Positions 51,479 through 64,000 of a stretch of 64,000 nt of DNA are shown one piece after another. The notes below the pieces were generated by a model that saw only the letters and a program-made list of their open reading frames with translations, had not been told where the DNA came from and searched no databases. The position numbers and the translations under genes were made by a program. Source of the DNA: Octopus sinensis (taxonomy: Eukaryota). The stretch covers positions 68,944,001 through 69,008,000 of the forward strand of contig NC_043000.1 of the NCBI RefSeq assembly GCF_006345805.1. Direction: 5' to 3'. Positions within the stretch are counted from its first letter, which is position 1. Each line of letters opens with the position of its first letter.

Positions 51479-51811
51479 ATATATATATATATATATATCT
51501 GTGAGGACACATGGCCTAATGGTTAGGATGTTGCACTGACAATTGTGAGATCATGGTTTCAATTCCTACACCAGGTATTTTGTTGTATTCTTAAGAAAAC
51601 ACTTCATCTCACATTGCTCTGTGATCACTTCAACAACTAACACTTGTTCAGGCAATGTTGAGTTGATGGAGGGAGTGAGCTAATGTACAGCACATGCATT
51701 GGATCACTATAAACAAATCATTTGTGCAGGTCACTCAGCAAAAGCTGGACACACTCATACATTGTCTTTGATGAGAGAGCCCACCATATACACATATATA
51801 TATGTATATCT

Positions 51812-52190
51812 ACCTTTTACTTGTTTCATTTACTACACTGCGGCCATGCTGCAGCACCGCCTTGAATTTTTAGTTGAATGAATCAACCCCAGTACCTATC
51901 TTTATTTTCAAGCCTGGTACTTATTCTATTGGTGTTCTTTGCTGAACCGCTAAGTTACAGGGCCATAAACACACCAACACCAGTTGTCAAGCGGTGATGG
52001 GGAACAAACACAAATACATACACTCACACACATATGTATGACAGACTTCTTTCATTTTCCATCTACCAAAGGTTTTGGTAGACCTGAGGTTATAGTAGAA
52101 GACACTAGCCCAAGGTGCCATGCAGTGGGAATGAACCTGGAACTATGTTGGGAAGCAAGCTTCTTACCACATAGCATGCCTGCATCTGTA
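51812..52190 (-). mobile_element. SINE (12100 family)
   Basis: Colinear with 12100-12511. Confidence 0.8.
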
Positions 52191-52329
52191 CATATAGATC
52201 ACCATCATCATCATTTAGCATCAATTTCCCATAGTGGCATAAAAAAGAAAAGTATTTTTTATAAATCCTTCTAAGATTTTACTCAATTCTTTTACTTACC
52301 ACATTTATATACACATAAAACAGACATAA

Positions 52330-53520
52330 ATCATGCGTATTTAGCCCTGATTACTAAAACATATGATGACTAGTTTGAAACGGAGCGGTTTGAAATTGGA
52401 CTTATTACCATCATTGCACGAGCCTTATTGTCACATAGACATGCATTCAAGTGTTACGTTTTCTATTACTGTAACTATAGAACCAAATCGAAAATATTGA
52501 AATTTAACACAATGAAACAATATGAGGAAGGCCTTTAAATTTATGCATCAAAATAGAAGAATATTTATAAAATGTTGGATTTCCATGCGTCTTGGCATTA
52601 ATAATTTAAGATCATTTTTTTTTTTCACGAAGATTAATTTTTAATTAAATATATATACAGTAGGTGTACAGTTCGTTGGATGGCGTGGGATGTTTTTAGT
52701 GGCGTAGCCGAGGTCAGATCGTTCCATATTTACGTGAGACCCGTGATTTCTGTAAATATGTACAAAAGCGACCTACTGGATAGCTATTTAACAACCTGTA
52801 TGTATTATACATACATACGTACGTACGTACGTACATACATGCATACATACACACAGACACATACATATGTGTATGTAATATCAGCAAAATATTGATTCCA
52901 GATTGTTGAGATATTTTGCTCTTATCAATAGACTATAATTAAAGTTTATCAGTACTAAAATAATATAAAAATTATCAGTAAATCGTAAACTATTAAGAAT
53001 ATAAACAATGCCTTTACGAGTTATAGTGGGGTGGAATGTATATTTATAAACAATGCCATTACAAATTATAGTTAATGTAAATTTAGTTTCGTAGTTATCA
53101 AAACGAATGCAGATTACAATTCCAATGTCCGTCGAGTACCAATAATCTCTCAAAAAGTTTGAAAAAAAATCAATCATCGAAATATATTAGATTAAAAATA
53201 TCAATTCAGGAACTCACTGAAAACATCTAGTATTTTTGAAAATCGAGATGATTATAAATAATTATTAGCTAGCTAGCTTTCATTCTAGAGAGCAGACATC
53301 TCAGAATGCACCCCAGTATACATGAATTGTGTTTAATAAATTTATATATACCAACCCGTGTTAAGAAAGCTGAGTTCCAAGACGTGCTGACATACCTCCC
53401 ACGCCGAGGATGATAATCGATAGCAGTAGAGAATAAATGGAAAAACGGTGTTTAAAGACAAATTCGCTTATACAGAATATATCCTCTCACGAATTTTTTC
53501 ATAACGTTATAAATGTAACA
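52330..53520 (-). promoter_or_regulatory. CpG-retaining region, probable ZDHHC4 promoter and non-coding first exon
   Basis: CpGs become abruptly frequent in non-repeat AT-rich DNA; minus-strand donor GTGAGT at 53217-53212; WATCGATW (DRE-like) AATCGATA at 53415-53422; the ATG exon has its own splice acceptor, so an upstream exon is required. Confidence 0.45.
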
Positions 53521-53929
53521 GATTGATCTAATCAATTCAGTTATCTAAACTGAATTTTATTTAACATAACGGTAGGGATTTTCTTAAGAAAGACTATAAG
53601 AAAGAGTCTTTTGAAGACAGTAGCAGCATAATAAAGTGATGGGTTTTGTTGCCAACTTAATATGGCAGTCCCAGGAAAGAGAAGAATGCTACTGCTATTT
53701 AGCCCCAGGAAACACCGTTTCCAGTTGGCTATGTGACACAAGCGTTCTATCTCCCTTAAGTTTTCAAACACAAGCGTTATATGTCCTTAAGTTTTCAAAC
53801 AGGGGAGATAAGCACCTCCACCCAACAAAGCCAGTATTCAGAGACTAGTTTCAGAGTTATTGCTCTTCATTAGTCTGGAGTAGCTTGGCTTGCTAGCTGA
53901 ATTTTTTTTACAACCATAAAGGTCAACAC

Positions 53930-56900
53930 ATAGATGGGACAGCACGGGACAACACACACAAAAAATGTTATGATGCGTTCGAATGATACCTATTATTTAA
54001 AAATATTGATGATATAAAATAAATAGTCTTTTTCTTATGAGTAAGGGATATGCCCTGTTGCCTCAAAGGCCCAGCGGCTATCTCCTTCCTTTTATTTTCT
54101 CCTTTTTTCCTATGCCGATTAAGCAGGGTCCTTTGCACCCACCTTTCTGAACACAGCTTTCTATCTTTCCTCAAACACACTTCTCGACAGGGTCCTTCTG
54201 TCCAGCCCTATCTTGCTCTTCAGAGGATATCTGAAGTATTGTAGCAAACCAAGGCCAGAGATGAAGGACCCCGTCGCGAATCCTTGCATCCTAGTCTTCC
54301 ACACACATTCTTTCAGCACCGCAACTGTACAGGAAAAACAGGCCTCACCTTATTTCGAGAGTCTAGTTGGCGGTACAATTTTTATTATAGATTCAGCCGA
54401 TAGCTGAACTTTTTCCAGATGCAACAATACGTGTTCGACGTAAATTATCAAGCCTGACAGCTCTCGACAGTGTACAAAAGCGTGCTGGACGTTTTTGCCG
54501 TCCAGCCCACATCTTGGACATGTCGTTGGCACCGATATTCTGTGCCTGGATAACTCATCTCGAACAGGTAAAGCATTCTTATAACACTGCCAGGTCAGGG
54601 ATTTTTGGTTATTCTCCAAATACCCTGACCCGAAATTTTTTTGAACAGGTTGGTAAGTTGGTTCTCATCGGACCCCAGAGCCCCTCCTAGGGCGTTATCG
54701 TTTTTATACTCTACCAGCCCTCTATACAAAACCAAGGTGGTATTCCCACTGCCGGCCGCGCTCGTCTTGTGGATCAGCACCAGTCCCTGTCGATACTCCT
54801 TTTGCCATTCAGTCAGATTACATATTTTAATGAAACCTGGTTTAAAACACTCCAAGGTGGCTGGTCGCGAAAGAATTCCTCTGCCAGCGGATTCCACACC
54901 TTATCACCCTCCAGGTAGCGCCAGAGATGCCTCAACCTCAGCGCATGCCTGCGCATCATTAGCCAGGGTATCCCTAACCTTCTCTTTTCTGGCAGCAAAC
55001 GGGGCGCCTCACAAGTGGCTTTCCTCCTTTCCACAACAAGCGGAAAAGTAGGCGCTCCAACTTGTTAAGCCACGAATCGGGGCAAGGGACAACGGTCAGG
55101 CGGTAGGTGAGGACATATGCAATAAACACCTGTACCACCTCCACCCTTCCTTTCAAGGACAGAGCCCTCTCGGACCAAGTTCGTACTAGGGCTTCCACCT
55201 TGTCTGCCACCTCGCTCCAATTCTTCTCCGTCTGGGTGTCTGGTCCAAACCAAACTCCTAACAACTTAACAGGACCATCTGTCCAGTGATCCACAACACT
55301 GGACGATATCGACTTGCTCCTCCAGGTGCCGAGGCGCAAGCCGGTAGACTTGTCCATGTTAACTTTTGATCCTACCACAGCCTCGTATCCTCTGATAGCC
55401 TCCTCTACACGAGGTAGCTGAGCCTCATTTGACATGATGATGGTGACGTCATCCGTGTAAGCAGAGACCGACTTACTGTAACCGATTTCATTGGAGGCGC
55501 CTTCCCCCAAAAAATTCTCCAGCTTCCGCAGTAACGGCTCAAGAGCCAACATGTACAAAAGCGGAGAAGGGAACACCCTTGAAGAACTGAACGCTTGATT
55601 GAAAACGGCTCCGACAGGTAGCCGTTTATCTGGACTGTGGATTTGATGCCGCTGTACATGGTGGAGACCCAGCCACGGAAGTCAGGGCCCAGCCCAGCCG
55701 GTTCGAGGATCGCCGCTAGATACTGGTGGTCTACCCTACCAAACGCTTTACTTTGGTCTAAATGAATCAGTGCCCCACATTTGCCGGTTAATTTACCCAA
55801 CCCGTCTAAGGTGTAACGAATAAGGTGAACGATTTCCTGCGTCGACCTGCCTGGGATGGTGCATGTCTGCGCCCTTCCTACAAGTTTTTCCACGACACGC
55901 GTCAACCTTTTAGCTAACACCTTGGCCAAAATCTTTAACTCTACATTAAGTAGAGTTATGGGCCTGTAATTACTTATAATACCCCCCTTGCTCGGGTCCT
56001 TCTGGATCAGCGTCACCACTCCCCGACTCACAGAGCCGGGAATCCTCCCATTCTGTTGCCAGTTTGTGTAGACGCTGGCCAGTATGTCCCCGAACAAGTC
56101 CGGCATGCTACGATAAAACTCCTAGGGTAGACCATCCAGCCCCGGTGACTTTTCCCCAACGCACTCGGCCAACGCCTCTTTAACCTCCGCAGCTGTAATA
56201 GGCCCTTCACAGCACCTCGTCTCCCGTGCCGAGAGTCGCGGCCCACCGGTGAGGAAGTCATTTAAGGATTCCCCACACTCTAGCGTGTCGCCCTGCCCGA
56301 ACAACCATGCGAAATGCTAGTGAAAGGCCTTCTGCATCTCATCCTGTTCATAGATCTTGCATCTTGGTCATCTGCTAAAGACTTTATCGAGGCTTTTTGC
56401 CCCTCTGACTCTCCACACGACGTGCACATCCGGCAACGTTAATACCTTATCGTCCCACTGCACGTAGCTTAGCTCTAACTCTGCAGCCTTCGTGCTTGGC
56501 GTTGAGGCGACGGTACAAGACCGTTCTCGCCGCCAGCATTCTAGATGCAGAGCCAGATTCCAAGGCCTCGTCTAAGTTCTTAACTAAGTCACCCTCTATT
56601 CTAGATCTATCTAAACTTAACTGATTGCTAAATCTAATAGACTCTAAACGAATGGTTCTCTTGAGGGCATGCCACCATATATTATTAATGAAGGGGCCAC
56701 ATAGTGCCCTCTGTACTAACTCCTTAATCCGGACACGGAAGGCTTTACAAGTCAAAATAGACTTGCTTATCTTCTAGTATCAAGGTCCCTGTATATGACA
56801 TTTATCTGTGTACCTCACACGTCACAAATTTGTGATCCGTGTAAGGTAAAATACCAAATTGTGGACAACTAAAAGTATCCTTATCTCTATCTTTAACGAA

Positions 56901-57180
56901 TACCCTATGCAAGATCTGCGTGAGCCGTCGTTATTACTTCACGTCCACAGTGGAACGCTCGGTTCATCCAGTCTGTAACAGTCTACTAGATTATAGCTCT
57001 CTAGTAGACCCTTGAGGCCAGGATTTCCCTCCCTATCAGTCGAGCCAACACCATCCACCCGTGCATCGAGGATAGTGTTAAAGTCTCCTAACAGCACTAC
57101 CTTTTAAGACGCCACTAGAAAGTGCTCCAGGTCTCGAAAAACCCTGACTGCCCACACTTGTTAGAAGCGTAGACAGCTAC
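53930..57180 (-). mobile_element. L1/Tx1-clade LINE ORF2 pseudogene (APE-RT-CCHC)
   Basis: VAVYA and LLGDFNTILD (APE), KSPGLDGLP, NYRPITLLNVELKILAKVLA, LDQSKAF.RVDH, SVLQGC/SPLLY, AYTDD, CPRC...HAFVHC; multiple frameshifts. Confidence 0.92.
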
Positions 57181-57945
57181 CATTTGCTGCGTCTAAAACT
57201 GAGACAACATCCTGTCACTAACCCTAACCCTAACCCTAAATTTTAGCCTTTCGTTTTTTTTTCTTAATTGTTAAATTAATTTAATTGTTACGCGTGTGTC
57301 TAAAATTATTTGTTTTGTTTTTGTTTTGAGTTTTTGCTTTCGTTTTAGTCTTTCGTTTTTTTTTCTTAATTGTTAAATTAATTTAATTGTTACGCGTGTG
57401 TCTAAAATTATTTGTTTTGTTTTTGTTTTGAGTTTTTGCTTTCGTTTTAGTCTTTCGTTTTTTTTTCTTAATTGTTAAATTTATTTTAGGATAACAATTA
57501 AGAAAAAAAAACGAAAGGCCAAAACGAAAGCAATGGAAAATAATTTCAATTTAACAATTAAGGAAAAAAAAACGAAAAGCTAAAACGAAAGCAAAAACTC
57601 AAAACAAAAACAAAGCGAATAATTTTAGACACACGCGTAACAATTAAATTAATTTAACAATTAAGAAAAAAAAAACGAAAGGCTAAAATTTAGGGTTAGG
57701 GTTAGGGTTAGTGACAGGATGTTGTCTCAGTTTTAGATGCAGCAAATGATTTTAGCTCAATAGAGGCCATTGATTGGTTAAAATTCGAAAAATTAAACTA
57801 CGTTAAACTTACAAATTACAATTTTCTCAAGAAAGCCAAGAGAAAAAATGTTTTATTTTGACACATTCTACCAGTATACGAAGTTTTAAAGTGTTTAGTT
57901 AACTAGAAATTGTGTTGAAAACTACCGTTCAAAAGGAAAAGATCC
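57181..57945. repeat. Foldback palindrome (57181-57748) with TTAGGG repeats, continuing into one MITE end
   Basis: Arms of ~200 bp beginning catttgctgcgtctaaaactgagacaacatcctgtcactaaccctaaccctaaccctaa; 102-bp internal tandem duplication; 57771-57945 parallels 58429-58596 and ends ...gaaaagatcc. Confidence 0.85.
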
Positions 57946-57959
57946 CAGGAGGATTTACT

Positions 57960-59640
57960 TATCGGACGTGTTTTTGCTTCGCTGCGGGTTTTTTTTTTTT
58001 TTGTTGAGTCTTTTTGTGCTGCTTTGCAGTAGTTTTTGAGTATAATGCCGCCATTGTTTGGTGAGCGTTGCTGAGATGGAGAAAGTGAAGACATATGCGA
58101 CAGTGAAAAGGAGTCGGGCTTCCGTCGTCCAGGCCTGCTGGAGCAATACGAAATGCGCTGGGATGAAGACATGGCGGATCTTTTCGGTTTGAACGGCAGT
58201 TTTTTCTAGCGGTGTCATATGAAATTGTCACCCATAATTATGACCCTAGTATCGATCTATTGCATTTCAATTTTTTTTAGGGTTAGGGTTAGTTAGGATT
58301 AGTTAGGGTTAGAGGTGGGGGGAAGGGTATCTTTTTTTCTTCAGAAATGTAAATAAACCCAATCTGTTTCTTAAACGAGGGACTTATTCATACGGCACAG
58401 AATGCTTTTTACCTCAATACACGTCAGTGATTGGTTGAAATTGCAGAAATTGAAGAAAAAAAATATCTTACAAACTATAGAATTTTCTCAATGAAGCCAA
58501 GAGAAAAAGATGTTTTATAAACACATTCTACCAGCATACGAAGTTAAAATTTTTTAGAAATTATGTCAAAAACTGCCGTTCAAACCGAAAAGATCCGACA
58601 TGGCTAAGAAATTTGGAATATATCTAGAGATGGTACAGAAAGAGAGGTAAAACGTAAAGTTGACCCCATCAGAGGAGGAAAAGGCGAAAATGGAAATTAC
58701 GGTGGTGGAATATAAATCGTTTTCAAGGAAAAATAAAAGAATCGAGAGCGCAACGAAGAATGTGGAAGAGTGTTTGAAGGAATTGAAAGATGTGTCATTT
58801 TTCACAAGAGGCAAGATATACGCGTCTGTACAGATCACATTTATATCGGAGGAGACAGCAAGGAAATACACCACTGAGACGTTAACTGGAGGAAATTGGA
58901 TGCTCTTTCCCAATCAGCTGGGTAGACGTCCAACGAGATTAGAGTGGGTAGGATCCCACCGAAAATAGAGCCAGAATGGGTAATGGCAGCAACTTTTTCT
59001 GGAACAAAAGAAGAAGCAAGGGTAGTTTGATGCCAAAACTGTTTGGATAAACGAATTGTCAGAATTAGGGTAGGAAGAATCCCACCGTGGATAAATCTAG
59101 AATGTATAATATCGGCGATTTTTTATTCGGAGATAAGGAAGGAAAGTGAAAAGGTGAAAATGGGCATGATAAGCCGAACACAACAAGTGAAGAAATGGGG
59201 CTACGGATTAGAGATGATTTGTGCAGTGAACCAGAAATATTGCAACGAAATACTTGAAACTTTGGAGCTACCAAATGAAGAAAAGCTGGAGATAATGTTG
59301 GAGGGGAAACCCCCCAAAGTATTACAGATGTGGTGAAAGAGGGCACTGAGAGAGCAGCAGTGGAAATTGTTGAGGAGAGTATTCAGGAGAATATAATGGT
59401 GGAGAAACAGCCGAAACAGATAACAGAACAAGACGGGAATTTTGCGGTGGTAAAAACAAGAAAAGAGAGAGGAGGAAGTCACCAGCGATAGTGGAACTGA
59501 AGAAGTACAAAGCAATAGAAGAGATAATCCAACCTACAACAAGAAACGGGGAATAGTCACCTGTATGATCACAAGTAAAGGACTTACAGGTACAGAAAGA
59601 TTCAGACCCACAGTCACTCAAACACACAGACATACAAATG
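57960..59640 (+). mobile_element. Decayed LINE 5' UTR/ORF1 (L1/Tx1-like gag with zinc-knuckle remnant)
   Basis: Broken ORF with duplicated ..RVGRIPP segments and LEGKPP-K-YRCGERGH knuckle remnant near 59300-59346; interrupted by the 58176 MITE. Confidence 0.6.
58176..58596. mobile_element. MITE with 28-bp TIRs, 8-bp TSD and internal TTAGGG repeats (Merlin-like)
   Basis: TIR GGATCTTTTCGGTTTGAACGGCAGTTTT at both ends; exact TSD GACATGGC at 58168-58175 and 58597-58604. Superfamily assignment is inference from GG termini and the 8-bp TSD. Confidence 0.88.
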
Positions 59641-59699
59641 CACAGTAAAGCTAATCTCGGCCCACTTTTTCTGGCCGAATATGCATCGGTCTATTATTG

Positions 59700-61226
59700 C
59701 TTGATCACGTGCCTGTCTACCATGTCAGCGTTCCAAGGTGCATCGTCACGTGAGAGCACCTCTTAGACATTTCCAGCCACCGGACACCAGGTTCCGTCTC
59801 ATATACCTCGACCTGGTTAGTCCTTGGCGGATCTACAGTTGCGGATTTACTTATATATTGACCTGCATCGACTGTTTCTCCAGATGGCCTGAAGCCATCC
59901 CTCTCGTGGACATTTCCGCGGAAACAGTCGTCAGAACACTCATCTCCGGGTGGGTATCTCGCTTCGCAGTACCCTCTAGAATTACTACTGATCGTGGACA
60001 CCAATTTGAATATTGTCTGTTCCATGAGCTTTCGAAATTGCTCGGAGTTTAGCACATCTACACCACAAGTTACCATCCCGCCGCGAACGGAATGGTGGAA
60101 CGATTCCACCGCTAGCTCAAAGCCGCTATTCGCACGACACCTGACCCTCATCGTTGGTCCGAGGTTCTCCCTATTGTTCTGTTAGGGTGCTCAGCTGTCA
60201 AGGGGGATTTAGGCTATTCCTCTGCTGAGCTCTTGTATGGCACCATCTTAGCACTTCCGGGGTAAATGTTGGCGCCTGTCGACTTACCGAACGCGGACCC
60301 CACATCTTACGTCATACGACTCAGGTCATCCTTTGCTGACCTGCCACCGATGCTTCCTCGCGACCAGTCTATTTCTTCTACAGCACCTCCGGATATTTCT
60401 ACTTGGACCCACGTGTTTGTAAGATATGATGCCGTGAAGGAACCGCTCACACCTCCCTACACTGGGCCCTATCGCGTTCTGAGGACATTCACGGAAAAAA
60501 AGAGACTTCTCTATCGATAGAGTAAATAAGCCTTTTCTGAAGCATTTACTCCATTTGCTGACACACCCATCATTCCACAAACACTCAAACCCAACAAGCA
60601 CCACCTTCACTCACCAAAACACCAACAACACAATCGCATTCTTCACCTTACAGGACACGTTCTGACAGAGCGATTCATTGGCTGAAGAAATTGTCTCAGA
60701 CTATTTACATTTCTTAACTTTGCCTCGCCAGAGACTGTTCCGGACTTATGTTGTTATAGACACCGCATTCATATTTTCTCTCTTTCTGTATCATTGTACA
60801 TATATACTTTGTTCTATTTGATTGGGTGCCTTTCTTTGCTGAACGTTTTCCTTGTATATACTTGCAATGTATTTTTTCAATTGTTCATACAACTACTTTG
60901 CCATCGCTCATTCTTCAGTGCCCTCTAGCGCACATCTACTCCGCCTACATTACTCTTATTCGATCGCTTCCGGTCTAGGGGGCGCCTCTGTAGGCGCAGT
61001 TACCTCCCCTGGTGGCGACTGGCCAATAGAGGGCACACGCAACAAGTTTCAGACACTCATCTCTCTCTCTTTTTCTTTTCTCGTCAAGACGTCAGACCGT
61101 GCAGACATAATCTAGTTAGCTCTCTTACGACGCGGCGACTAGCAGACAGGAAGCAACGCACAGGAGAAGATCATGGCCTCCACACACCAAGCCATTTCCA
61201 TTTATCATTCAGCTTGTATATATATA

Positions 61227-61266
<40 letters not shown>

Positions 61267-61371
61267 CTGACATTAAAGGTATTTAAGGTTACAGCCTTGT
61301 CCTATGTATTTCTTTGTACCGTGTTCCTATCAAATAATATTGCAGCCTTCTGAGTAGAATCTTGTTCCACA
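59700..61371 (+). mobile_element. Gypsy LTR retrotransposon 3' part: integrase remnant, PPT and 3' LTR (60989-61371)
   Basis: [59 protein letters not shown] (GPY/F); agggggcgcctc precedes TGTAG...CCACA. Confidence 0.85.
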
Positions 61372-61396
61372 ACCATGATACAAACAGACTATCTAA

Positions 61397-61427
<31 letters not shown>

Positions 61428-62399
61428 TGTATGTATGTATACGTGCAGATCTGTATGTTTTATTTTATGTATGTCTTTTCGTGCATATGCTTGCTTATTT
61501 ACAAAGGCACATATAAACTTAAATGATAAACTTCTGGAAAGTTTTATAAATTTTTACAGTCCTATTGATCGGTTCGCGTTTTAGCCACTGCCAGGTAGTA
61601 TGTTTAATTTGTTAACTACACCGCCGCGAATTCCCCCTTGTTTTTCAAAAATCCCCTCCTAGATCACAAAATGATGTTGGTGGGAGGAATCTGCCCTGTT
61701 TTTCAAATTCTGACAGCAACACTGTAGCTAGAAGCAGAACAATAATATAATCCTACACTTTATCACATTCAAGAATATAAACACGTTTTTAAGCACAACA
61801 CACGCGGAGTCAATGAGAAACGCTACCATTCACCAGCACACTAGGGTCGGCATTGCGTGAACGACAGTGCTCTCTCTCCCTAGTGTGCAGCGTCCTATCT
61901 CGGACATTTGAGCATGCACACAACAGCCAAACATCGCGCTGCTGGAACTGTGAAGCGCACAGTTCTATATAAGGTATTTTGTATTTTTTCATAAACTAGG
62001 GGGTGGCTACTGACATTAAGCTTAAGGATTATATAGTGTACAAGTATAAAGAAAGAATTAAAGGAAAAAGGACTCATTATATTGAATGTTATCGATTATA
62101 TCAAGTGGAAATAGTGGGTGCTGCAGTTCTGCAGTGCCTATATACGAACCGCCACTGATTGGTTGTCGCATTTTACTGCTTTTCCTGCATTTCTGTCCCT
62201 TTTGTGTGGCAGGTATTAGGTTGATATTTTCTGTTCCTGGATTGCAAACGCATACCCTTCAAAGTGAGAGGTAGTAATCAGGCTGTTGGTTCATGATAGA
62301 CTGCTTTGATGATCAATACTACTATCATGCCGGTACTTTCTACTAACATATCCATTCTGCTCATACACGCTCATCCATTCATCTGATACGTTGCGGTAG

Positions 62400-63275
62400 A
62401 GTCTTGCATGTATTTAAGGTTATGTGGTGGAAGAAAGACCGGAAGGCGATGCGTGAGATGATGTCACGTCGGCGGGTGAGAAGAAAAGTTTCCCTCTTCA
62501 TCACCCCAGTTCACTCCTTCTGCTCGCCTTTAGACATAGCTACATGCTGTTCGGAGACACCAACTTCCCAAACACTGAAAACAGCACTCGTCTATTCATA
62601 TTCCGATTTAGATCTGACATCTCCTTTCCTCTGTGAAACACAAGCCTACCCACTTCGTCTCTTTTGTGCCTGATCCCCAGCGCCGTACCTCCTTCTATAG
62701 TCTCTGGCGGTTTTATTGTCAGCCTGAACTTCCTAAGATGATCCACGATTCCTTCTGCCGATGCCACATTCTCACCTATCAAGATATCGTCGATATCAGC
62801 TGGTAGTCTGCTCTACTTTGGCGCTTTACCCAAAACCGCCTTGAGGATCTTTGCCATGATCTGCGGCGTCGAACTCAAGCCGAAACCCAGTTAAGTCAAG
62901 CATTACGTTCTGCCCCTGTATCTCACTAGTTGGTACTCCTACAAATTCTCTGATACATGGAGCTGCAGATAAGCGACTTGTGATCGACGATTGTAACCGC
63001 TTCCCTCATTCGCCTTCACTCACGAAGGATTTCTCCACATACGTCTGCTGCCTCGCCACCCATATGACAGAACACATATTCGTTCAATTCCCTGAAGTCT
63101 AGCACCGGTCAAACCTTATTTTTTGTCGGCTCAACCATGAACAGCAGCACACCGCCCATCGTTTCCTCACTCCATGGCATCTGAATGCCCTCCTCTATCC
63201 ACCTGTTCACCTTTGTCTCGAACTCAAACCAGGCTTCTCCTTTCAGTGTGTGCTTGTAGCAGCTCACCCTGTTTC
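62400..63275 (-). mobile_element. LTR retrotransposon RT remnant
   Basis: VLDFRELNEYV, YLQLHV, LGFGLSSTPQIM and DIDDILIGENV...VDHLRKFRLTIKPPE on the minus strand. Confidence 0.75.
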
Positions 63276-63279
63276 TCAG

Positions 63280-64000
63280 TAGAGGTTATTCCGAGTGGGG
63301 TAGCAGCGGTTTGCCGGCTGGAGGGTACTGAACTAAGGAGGCTGTACAACATGGGGGTCGACAGGATGTTGTTTTTGGCTAGGACAGTCGACCCCGATGT
63401 TATCAGGGAGAGCGTTCAGAGGATAGTAGAGAATTGCAACAGGTGCCAATCGATCAATCCTGCCCCGAGCACACACGAACCAGGAAAGATTTAGATAGAG
63501 GAGGACTGGAAGTGGCGCACAAGACGCTTCTTCCGAGCTGCATACAGGCCAGGTGGAAACGGGATTATGGAAGGGCACCACCGTAGGATTAAAGTCATGG
63601 CTGAGTGGGGACGAATCTTCCCAATGGAGGCAGTCTTTTGGTACAATATGTCGCCCAGGGTAGGGAAAGCCGAAGAATCAGTCCCGCACAGGGCCATATT
63701 CGAGTACAAATGGAAACACCTGAGCGTGGTACCGCAGCAGCTAGAGATTTGAAGGGATTACACCTGAGCAAGTTAGAGATGAAGTGTAGGTGAAGCTTCT
63801 GAACGCACGGTGCACAAAGCAGTGGGAAAAGGAAAGGTGACCGCGATCAGCACTCTGAATAGTGTATCAGTAGATGGAATGCTGCGTCAAGTCTTGGATA
63901 TTCGAAGGGTGGTTAGCTCTTCTGATGACGAAGGGGAGGGAGGTGGCTCCATGACCCTACGGAGATCTCTAAGGGAATGTCGACCCCACCCTCACGTGGA
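63280..64000 (+). mobile_element. LTR retrotransposon integrase remnant
   Basis: MGVDRMLFLAR...CNRCQSINPAP (Zn-binding part), GNGIMEGHHRRIK..AVFWYNMSPR, C-terminal GKVTA...SVSVDG. Confidence 0.75.

Noticed and set aside
57219-57710. Chromosome-fusion or true telomere remnant
   Set aside because: Only about three repeats per arm, embedded in a transposon-related palindrome.

Overview
AT-rich, repeat-dense eukaryotic DNA. The SINE families, RTE/Penelope/mariner relics and (TA)n/(CAT)n microsatellites point to an octopus genome (inference). One host gene is supported: a minus-strand, 5-coding-exon palmitoyltransferase ZDHHC4, CDS join 33745-33605, 29040-28967, 25687-25383, 17955-17711, 14282-13953 (1095 nt, 364 aa, all GT-AG, phases compatible). 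It has a poly(A) signal at ~13735 and a probable CpG-rich promoter/non-coding first exon at ~53.2-53.5 kb. The rest is mostly decayed transposons: Penelope-like elements (PLEs), RTE and L1/Tx1 LINEs, mariner/maT/pogo/hAT/piggyBac/Merlin-type DNA elements, Gypsy-type LTR pieces and many SINEs. The best leads are: (1) several type I hammerhead ribozymes in PLE ends, including a nearly canonical one in sense orientation inside a ZDHHC4 intron and U3-A8 core variants; (2) a 4.5-kb intronic hierarchical satellite (63 bp > ~290/350 bp > ~635 bp > ~1275 bp) grown from the structured 3' UTR of an RTE LINE; (3) a PHD-type C4HC3 finger inserted inside the RTE reverse transcriptase; (4) a perfect 113-bp intronic inverted repeat among many other dsRNA formers; (5) a TNNE instead of TTxE motif in ZDHHC4 that one A-to-I edit would convert to TSNE; (6) a sharp CpG boundary at ~52.3 kb. 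Coordinates of degraded repeats are approximate; all analysis was by eye.
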